Assembly (NCBI GenBank): GCA_013151745.1
Contig: JAADHS010000012.1
Location: 4,354 to 68,353, forward strand
Length of the DNA stretch: 64,000 bases
Direction: 5' to 3'
DNA from: Gammaproteobacteria bacterium
Lineage (GTDB): Bacteria; Pseudomonadota; Gammaproteobacteria; JAADHS01
Part shown: one piece after another, positions 57,377-64,000 of the stretch
How the letters are laid out: every line of letters begins with the position of its first letter
Numbering within the stretch: position 1 is the stretch's first letter
Program-made: the position numbers and the translations under genes
Notes under the pieces: generated by a model
The model's input: only the letters and a program-made list of their open reading frames with translations
Told to the model about the DNA's origin: nothing
Database searches by the model: none

Positions 57377-59554
57377 ATGGTTTGTTGCGACTATTTAACT
57401 TTGAAAATGAGCAAGGATCGAAAAATGAGAAGCAAAATAGTATTAATAAGTGTCATAATTTTGCTGGTATTGAGTTATTTTTTCCTTGATCTTGGGCAAT
57501 ACTTTAGTCTTGATTATTTTAAATCGCAACAAGCGGCGATCAATTTCTATTACAATCAGCATCCGTTGACCACCGCAGCGCTGTTCTTTGCGGCCTATGT
57601 CGCTGTTGCTGGGCTTTCACTGCCTGGTGCGGCCATCATGACGATCGCCGCCGGCGCTATTTTTGGTGTTTTATTAGGTACGCTCATTGTCTCGTTTGCC
57701 TCTGCCATAGGGGCGACCATCGCTTTTCTTGCTTCGCGTTATTTGCTGAGAGATGCGATCCAGCAGCGGTTTGGTGATAAGTTGAAAACGATAAACGAAG
57801 GCATAAAAAAAGATGGTGCCTTTTATCTTTTCACGCTGCGTCTTGTGCCTGTTTTCCCTTTTTTTGTTATCAATTTGTTGATGGGCTTAACACCGATACG
57901 AACGCTTACGTATTACATTTTTAGCCAAGCAGGTATGTTGGCAGGGACGATTGTCTATGTTAATGCCGGGACACAAATTGCCAAGATCAACTCACTGAGT
58001 GGTATTTTATCACCTGCTTTAATTGCCTCATTTATTTTACTTGGTATTTTTCCCTTTATTGCGAAGAAAATAATTGCTACGATTAAATCGAGAGCCGTTT
58101 TAAAGAACTATCCTAAGCCAAAAAAGTTTGATTGTAATCTGGTCGTAATTGGTGGCGGTTCGGCAGGTTTAGTGACCGCTTATATCGCTGCTGCCATTAA
58201 AGCCAAGGTGACGCTGATAGAGAAACATAAAATGGGGGGCGACTGTTTAAATACCGGTTGCGTGCCTTCCAAAGCCTTAATCCGTTCAGCTAAATTTATT
58301 GCACAGCAAAAACGTGCCAGCGAATGGGGTATTAAATCGGCAACGGCTGAGTTTGATTTTGCAGAGATTATGGAGCGGGTGCAACGGGTGATTAAAACCA
58401 TTGAACCTCATGATTCGGTGGAACGTTATACTCGCCTCGGTGTCAATGTAATGGAAGGTGAAGCCATGATTACCTCGCCTTATACGGTGGAGGTAAATGG
58501 GCATATTCTCACTACTCGCAATATTGTTATTGCAACTGGTGCGCGTCCGTTTGTACCGCCCTTGCCGGGCATAGAAGATGTAGAGTATTTGACTTCAGAT
58601 ACGGTCTGGAATCTACGTAAACTACCTAAGCGATTAGTTGTATTAGGCGGTGGCCCCATTGGTAGCGAGTTGGCGCAGAGCTTTGCTCGTTTAGGTAGTC
58701 AGGTTATTCAAGTCGAACGGGGCTCCCGGATTATGGGGCGCGAAGATCCTGATGTTTCTGAAAGCGTGATGCAGCGCTTCAAGGCAGAAGGTATCGATGT
58801 GCGTATTCACCATAATGCCAAAGAATTTTGTATTGACAATGGAGAAAAAATCTTGATCTGTGAGCATGAAGGTGAAACGGTACGTATACCGTTTGATCAG
58901 ATTTTAATTGCGCTGGGACGGATTGCCAACACCCGTGGTTTTGGGCTTGAAAAGTTGGGTATTACCCTCAATCGCACGGTTGAGGTTAACGAACTGCAGC
59001 AAACCAACTTCCCCAATATTTACGCCGCAGGAGATGTGGCTGGCCCCTATCAATTTACCCATGTAGCAGCACATCAAGCCTGGTATGCTGCGGTCAATGC
59101 GTTATTTAGTGGATTTAAGTCATTCAAGGTTGATTATCGTGTTATTCCCTGGGCTACTTTTACCGACCCTGAAGTAGCGCGTGTCGGGCTTAATGAAACG
59201 GAGGCGAAAGAAAAAGGCATTGCCTATGAACTGACCACTTATGGGATTGATGACCTGGATAGAGCGATTGCTGACGGAGAGGCTCATGGCATGATTAAAA
59301 TTCTTACCGTGCCAGGTAAAGATAAAATTCTTGGTGTCACGATTGTGGGCGAACATTCAGGAGACCTTATCGTAGAATATGTTACCGCAATGAAATACGG
59401 ATTGGGATTAAACAAAATCCTCGGTACCATTCATATTTATCCGACTATGGCTGAGGCCAATAAATATGTGGCGGGAAACTGGAAGCGGGCGCATGCTCCA
59501 CAGCGTTTATTAGCGTGGGTTGAGCGTTTTCATACCTGGAGGCGTGGTGCATGA
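57377..59554 (+). CDS. Fusion protein: TVP38/TMEM64 (DedA-like) membrane domain plus class I pyridine nucleotide-disulfide oxidoreductase (mercuric reductase / Lpd-like)
   Basis: 725 aa. N-terminal polytopic DedA-like region (..GLSLPGAAIMTIAAGAIFG..). C-terminal FAD motif GGGSAGLVTA, redox-active CLNTGCVPSK, an NAD(P) motif GGGPIGSE, and a dimerisation domain. Confidence 0.8.
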   Translation: MVCCDYLTLKMSKDRKMRSKIVLISVIILLVLSYFFLDLGQYFSLDYFKSQQAAINFYYNQHPLTTAALFFAAYVAVAGLSLPGAAIMTIAAGAIFGVLLGTLIVSFASAIGATIAFLASRYLLRDAIQQRFGDKLKTINEGIKKDGAFYLFTLRLVPVFPFFVINLLMGLTPIRTLTYYIFSQAGMLAGTIVYVNAGTQIAKINSLSGILSPALIASFILLGIFPFIAKKIIATIKSRAVLKNYPKPKKFDCNLVVIGGGSAGLVTAYIAAAIKAKVTLIEKHKMGGDCLNTGCVPSKALIRSAKFIAQQKRASEWGIKSATAEFDFAEIMERVQRVIKTIEPHDSVERYTRLGVNVMEGEAMITSPYTVEVNGHILTTRNIVIATGARPFVPPLPGIEDVEYLTSDTVWNLRKLPKRLVVLGGGPIGSELAQSFARLGSQVIQVERGSRIMGREDPDVSESVMQRFKAEGIDVRIHHNAKEFCIDNGEKILICEHEGETVRIPFDQILIALGRIANTRGFGLEKLGITLNRTVEVNELQQTNFPNIYAAGDVAGPYQFTHVAAHQAWYAAVNALFSGFKSFKVDYRVIPWATFTDPEVARVGLNETEAKEKGIAYELTTYGIDDLDRAIADGEAHGMIKILTVPGKDKILGVTIVGEHSGDLIVEYVTAMKYGLGLNKILGTIHIYPTMAEANKYVAGNWKRAHAPQRLLAWVERFHTWRRGA

Positions 59555-60345
59555 AAAATATTCTTTTTATTTTTGTTTTATGGATGGCAGGTTTACCGGC
59601 ACAGGCAGAAAGTTTTAATCACGCGCCCTGGGATGCGTTGCTTAAAAAATATGTGGTTTCAATCGAGCAAGGCGTCGCAACACAGGTTGACTATGATGGT
59701 TTTCTGGGTGACCGATTTCAGCTTAAAGTGTATTTGAGTACACTACAAGCTGTGCCTGAATCTACATTCGAAGCTTGGTCTAAAGCGGAGCAGCTTGCCT
59801 TCTTGATTAATGCCTACAATGCCTGGACGGTGGAGCTGATATTAGCTCGATACCCGGACCTTGAATCGATTAAAGATCTGGGTTCTTGGTTAACATCACC
59901 GTGGGCAAAAAGTTTTATTCCGTTACTGGGTGAGACTCGTTCACTGGATGAGCTTGAACACGAAATGATTCGCGCGGAAGGGCAGTATGAGGAGCCGCGC
60001 ATTCACTTTGCTGTCAACTGTGCGAGCATAGGATGTCCGGCCTTAGCGCGTTCGGCTTACACAGGTCAACACTTAAATGATCAGCTTGAGGACGCAACGC
60101 GACTGTTTTTGAGTGATCGTAGCCGTAATCGATTAACAGGAAACACGTTGAATGTATCTAAAATATTTGATTGGTACCGTGAAGATTTTGAGCGGGGCTG
60201 GGGAGGGTATAAAACCCTGCCACAGTTTTTTTCCAATTACAGTAAAGCGCTTGGCCTGAGCGAGCGTGATATACAGCGCCTGAAATCCGGGGATATCGGC
60301 ATCGATTTTCTTGATTATGATTGGCGTCTTAATCGCAAACCATAA
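59551..60345 (+). CDS. DUF547 domain protein (secreted)
   Basis: 264 aa with a signal peptide and ..AFLINAYNAWTVELIL.. from the DUF547 core. ATGA overlap with the upstream oxidoreductase. Confidence 0.7.
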   Translation: MKNILFIFVLWMAGLPAQAESFNHAPWDALLKKYVVSIEQGVATQVDYDGFLGDRFQLKVYLSTLQAVPESTFEAWSKAEQLAFLINAYNAWTVELILARYPDLESIKDLGSWLTSPWAKSFIPLLGETRSLDELEHEMIRAEGQYEEPRIHFAVNCASIGCPALARSAYTGQHLNDQLEDATRLFLSDRSRNRLTGNTLNVSKIFDWYREDFERGWGGYKTLPQFFSNYSKALGLSERDIQRLKSGDIGIDFLDYDWRLNRKP

Positions 60346-60414
60346 CGTGAGGCCGCTGTGTAAAACGCCAGGGTTTCTCCGGGTTTTGTTCGTATTTTTC
60401 TGGTAACGGTATGC

Positions 60415-60975
60415 TTACTCCGCTTTCCATTTGATATTACAGCCGACGCTGGGGATTTGATCTGTTGATGGCATTTTTCCTGCCAAGAGGGCATCTAACG
60501 CTGCTCGCATATCTTTACCTGTAATGGGTAGTTCGGGTGCCGGTCGGCTAGGTCTATTGGGTCGGGTTTCATCAAATTGTCCACGATAAACCAGTTTTTT
60601 GTCTCCGTCAAAAAGAAAAAAATCAGGTGTGCAAGCGGCTTGATACGCTTTGGCGACCTCTTGACTTTCATCAAAAAGATAAGGAAAAGGGTAAGCCTCG
60701 TCTTTCATTTTTTCAAAGCTGTCGGCAGGGTAGTTGTCTGTATCATTGCTGTTAATCGCGACCACAGCAAGCCCCTTAGGCTTGTAGTCAGTCGCCAGCT
60801 CTTTCAATGCCTCACGCAGATGGATAACATAAGGGCAGTGATTGCATATAAACATGACCAGCAATGCGGGGGTCTTAAAATCATTAAGGCTCACGACGCC
60901 CCCCTTGGCCTCTGGCAGGGTGAAATCAGGTGCGGGCGTCCCTAAATCGAGCATCGTGGATGGGGTTAGTGACAT
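60415..60975 (-). CDS. Thioredoxin-fold thiol-disulfide oxidoreductase
   Basis: 186 aa with a CNHC (CxxC) motif in ..LLVMFICNHCPYV.. Confidence 0.65.
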   Translation of the reverse strand: MSLTPSTMLDLGTPAPDFTLPEAKGGVVSLNDFKTPALLVMFICNHCPYVIHLREALKELATDYKPKGLAVVAINSNDTDNYPADSFEKMKDEAYPFPYLFDESQEVAKAYQAACTPDFFLFDGDKKLVYRGQFDETRPNRPSRPAPELPITGKDMRAALDALLAGKMPSTDQIPSVGCNIKWKAE

Positions 60976-61120
60976 GATAATACTCCAAGTGTTGATATTA
61001 TGATCATATATTCTACAATCAGATTGTATTTTATAAAACCATGAAAAAGATAATTAACCTGCAAGGGGTAAGATTGCGGTTTCTGTTGCCGAATCTACCC
61101 GGTGGTGACCGCGCTTATTC

Positions 61121-61966
61121 TTAAGGCAAGCCTGCCCCAGGCGCTGATACTTCGATGATTTCGATGCGACCCGATTGCAAGGCTTTGGCTTGTGCCGGGT
61201 CGTCCGTTTCAGAAGAGAGAATAAATAGAGTCTGGCGGTCAGCGCCCCCTAGCATACAGGCATAGGGGACGCCAATCGGGCGAATGCGTGCTAATACCGT
61301 ACCACCCAAGGCCACCCGGATCACTTCTTTCGTTTTTGGGCTGGCGACCCAAATTGCGCCTTCTGCATCCAGACAAATACCATCGGGCGAAGCATCGCCC
61401 AATTCAGCCCACACACTGGCATCAGACAATAAACCCTCGTTGCTAATGCGAAATGCGGTTAAGCGTGAAGCAAAGGTTTCTGCGACGATCAATGTTTTTT
61501 GATCGGGCGTCATGATCATACCATTTGCAAAAATCAATCCGTCAGCCACGGCCCGGGTCTGACCGGATGGTTCGATCATCGCGAGCTTTCCGGGTGCGGG
61601 GGCGGCACCACGATGTAAGTCATAGCCAAAATTGCCAACGTAAGCTCGTCCGGCGTGGTCTACCAGCAAATCATTGCAATGGAAGTCGGCAATATCAGAT
61701 AAATCGGCGTGACACACTAATTTTTCATTTTCCAGGCGATAGACTTTACGCTGGCTCATGCCAACGACCAGTAAGGTGCCGTCAGGTAACCAGCCCAGTC
61801 CGCCCGGTAAATCTTCTGTCTCTAATATACATTGTGCCTTGCCCTCCAGGTCAACGCTGATGATTTTACGCGCATGTTGATCCGTAAACCATAACCGGTT
61901 TTCGCGCCAGCGCGGTGCTTCGGGAAAAGCAAGGCCGGACAACAAGACTTGGGGTTCACTGTTCAT
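61121..61966 (-). CDS. SMP-30/gluconolactonase/LRE-family protein
   Basis: 281 aa with beta-propeller motifs (..EAPRWRENRLWFTD.., ..GNFGYD.., ..PDGICLD..). Confidence 0.75.
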   Translation of the reverse strand: MNSEPQVLLSGLAFPEAPRWRENRLWFTDQHARKIISVDLEGKAQCILETEDLPGGLGWLPDGTLLVVGMSQRKVYRLENEKLVCHADLSDIADFHCNDLLVDHAGRAYVGNFGYDLHRGAAPAPGKLAMIEPSGQTRAVADGLIFANGMIMTPDQKTLIVAETFASRLTAFRISNEGLLSDASVWAELGDASPDGICLDAEGAIWVASPKTKEVIRVALGGTVLARIRPIGVPYACMLGGADRQTLFILSSETDDPAQAKALQSGRIEIIEVSAPGAGLP

Positions 61967-62504
61967 CGTGTTTTATTCCTTTCAAAGCTTGGCTTGATTT
62001 TATATTATTGGCGATGGTTCGTACTATTTGCTCTATGGGTTGATCAATATCGAGTACAAGTTCATCAGCCAATTCTAAAATATCAATTTGACTTTGCAAT
62101 AAACTCATCGCCATAAAGTGATTCTGCCGTGCCATTAAGCGGTTTTTTAACAAGGTTACCTCGCCCATTAGGAAAACGAAGCGAACGCGTTGTGGGTCTA
62201 AGCAGAGTTGTTGGCGATAAATTTTTTGCAATGCAGAGCAGGCGAGTATCGCCGACGTTTCTAGTTCCAACGTTTTTTTTACTTCACCTTGTAGTTGTTG
62301 CAGCCAGGGTTGTCTATCTTTGTCATTCAAGGCCTCGCCACGCTGCATCTTTGCGACGTTACTAGAGGGGTGGTAATCGTCACCTTCAATGAAACGCCAG
62401 CCTAGATGATGAGCCAAACGTTTCCCCACTGTAGATTTTCCAGAACCCGAGACACCGCAAACAACTAAAACCTGGCTCTGGGTTTCATGTAAATCGTGTG
62501 TCAT
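61956..62504 (-). CDS. gntK: Gluconokinase
   Basis: 182 aa with P-loop GVSGSGKST and ..RFIEGDDYHP.. typical of GntK/IdnK. Confidence 0.85.
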   Translation of the reverse strand: MTHDLHETQSQVLVVCGVSGSGKSTVGKRLAHHLGWRFIEGDDYHPSSNVAKMQRGEALNDKDRQPWLQQLQGEVKKTLELETSAILACSALQKIYRQQLCLDPQRVRFVFLMGEVTLLKNRLMARQNHFMAMSLLQSQIDILELADELVLDIDQPIEQIVRTIANNIKSSQALKGIKHDEQ

Positions 62505-63985
62505 GGCGAATATTTAGAGTTAAATTCAAGTACATGATAACCCCATGCCGGTAAATCAAAAAATAAGCCGTCAGTAGTTGAAATATCAAGGGTTTCAGTT
62601 TTTGTGCCGAGCAGATCGATAAACTGTATCGTTTCATCCGTTATTTCAGGGTCAGGTAATATAATTCGGCATTGTCCCTGATGCACGGCGTAATTAACGA
62701 CGATTAATAAACTGGCGTGATGGCTCGTTTGCCATCGATAAGCCAGAAAGTTATCGCAGCTCGGGTTTCCCTCCCAGGCTGGTGTGCAGGCCAATAATTG
62801 CCATTGTCCATTGCGGAGGACTTCACTTTTTAACAGCGCAAGCAATGGTTGATAAAATAGATTTGCAATGGGGTCGACAGGCTCGTTTGGACTCCGGCAT
62901 AAGTGAATCGAAGTATGAATTTTCTTGCCTTCCAGTTGCCCTTCATGAAAGAAACGCATGCCCGGTGCTAAATAAGTAATGATGGCGGCGGCCTGGTGAG
63001 CGGCCGGTGGCATAAAGGTTGCCGCTGCACGGGGTTCATCATGGTTTTCTAAAAAACGCGTTAATCCATTTTGATAGGATACGTCGGCCAGAAAATGTTG
63101 GCGTACGGAAGTGGCGTGTTGATCGCGCAGCCGGTCATATAGCCTTTTATCATAAGCATAATCAAAACCCTGCTGCTGCATTGTCCATTCCATATCCCAG
63201 TAGACTTCGGCTAAAAATACAAACTCTGGAAACTGAGCGCGTACCGCAGCAATCGCCGAGGGCCAAAAAGCCTCTATAGTTAAGCCCCAGGTTCTCTGAA
63301 AAACTTCGGGTAAAACCAGCATTGCCATGTCGCAGCGTAAGCCGTCGCATAAGGTCGCAATGTGTTGTAATTCCGCTTGCATGGCAGCTTGTAGTGCTGG
63401 GTTAGAATAATCGAGCTGTACCGTATCCGGCCAACCCGAAAAATAGGGGTCTCGGCCATAAGCAAAAACTTGCTGACCCGAGTGGGTCTCTAACGCAATA
63501 TAGTTCTGTGGTTCATTATCTAATTCGCTGCGGGTACGGCGTATATAAAATTCTGGATTTTGTTTTACCCAGGGGTGATCTAAAGCCGTATGATTAGGTA
63601 CAAAATCCAGCATTAAACGCATGCCGCGTGCATTTAAGCGGCGGCGCAATGCCTGTAACGCCGTATCGCCACCCAGTCGAGCATCAACTTGGTAATGCGT
63701 AATCGCGAAACAGGAACCGGATATATCCTCTGTTACTAAGTCAGGTAAACAGGCACGGAAGCCTGCTTGCCAGGCAGGTTCAGTACGGGAAACGTGCTGA
63801 CCTGCCAGACCCGTTTGCCAAACCCCCAGCAGCCAAATCCATTCAAATCCTTGCTCGGCCAGCGTATCCAGTTCTGCATCACTCCAGTCATTGAGTTGAG
63901 CTGAATCTGTCAATGGGTAATGTCTAATCCGGGTATTAATTTGATAAAGCGTTGGGTAACGACTAGACGCCATGATCATCCCCAT
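62501..63985 (-). CDS. Alpha-amylase-family glycoside hydrolase (GH13-like)
   Basis: 494 aa with GH13 region I (LDFVPNHTA) and an acid/base region (..GLRCDMA..). The start may be a few codons inside the annotated ORF. Confidence 0.7.
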   Translation of the reverse strand: MGMIMASSRYPTLYQINTRIRHYPLTDSAQLNDWSDAELDTLAEQGFEWIWLLGVWQTGLAGQHVSRTEPAWQAGFRACLPDLVTEDISGSCFAITHYQVDARLGGDTALQALRRRLNARGMRLMLDFVPNHTALDHPWVKQNPEFYIRRTRSELDNEPQNYIALETHSGQQVFAYGRDPYFSGWPDTVQLDYSNPALQAAMQAELQHIATLCDGLRCDMAMLVLPEVFQRTWGLTIEAFWPSAIAAVRAQFPEFVFLAEVYWDMEWTMQQQGFDYAYDKRLYDRLRDQHATSVRQHFLADVSYQNGLTRFLENHDEPRAAATFMPPAAHQAAAIITYLAPGMRFFHEGQLEGKKIHTSIHLCRSPNEPVDPIANLFYQPLLALLKSEVLRNGQWQLLACTPAWEGNPSCDNFLAYRWQTSHHASLLIVVNYAVHQGQCRIILPDPEITDETIQFIDLLGTKTETLDISTTDGLFFDLPAWGYHVLEFNSKYSP

Positions 63986-64000
63986 TATTGACCAAAGATT

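Overview
The window is a chromosomal segment of a gammaproteobacterium with moderate GC (visually about 45%, not computed). It has marine, autotroph or methylotroph-like features: glcDEF with a class V glyoxylate aminotransferase, FimV, phnCDE and selD-mnmH. Protein calls rest on motifs recognised by eye in the supplied translations, not on database searches.

The window is dominated by well-conserved housekeeping operons:
- sucA-sucB-lpd on the minus strand, with lpd running off the 5' edge.
- rsd, a Lon-like protease, relA, a family-4 UDG, uvrC, pgsA and tRNA-Gly/Cys/Leu, matching the E. coli uvrC-pgsA-glyW-cysT-leuZ synteny.
- folD, then leuC, a lipoprotein, leuD, leuB, asd and fimV, matching Pseudomonas asd-fimV synteny.
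- djlA, phnCDE, selD-mnmH, an arsC-family gene, glcDEF plus the aminotransferase, recD2, ampD-ampE, a non-str-operon EF-G paralog, a DedA-PNDR fusion with DUF547 and a thioredoxin-like gene, and a gluconolactonase, gntK and GH13 cluster.

Four things are not ordinary:
1. A mosaic family of short intergenic repeat elements with terminal inverted repeats, MITE- or REP-like. At least eight copies or fragments share modules.
2. An orphan GspE/PilB-family ATPase (791 aa) with MshEN-type tandem motifs and an N-terminal extension of about 190 aa. It is co-transcribed with a secreted tandem beta-domain protein, and no pilus or T2SS partner genes lie in this window.
3. A degenerate-receiver, transmembrane, HlyD-like adaptor fusion, divergent from a large protein carrying a PilZ-like DxSxGG motif that sits directly upstream of sucA.
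4. A visually AT-rich segment at 54.1-55.85 kb with small unknown proteins.

No CRISPR array, integrase, transposase or obvious toxin-antitoxin or restriction genes were seen.
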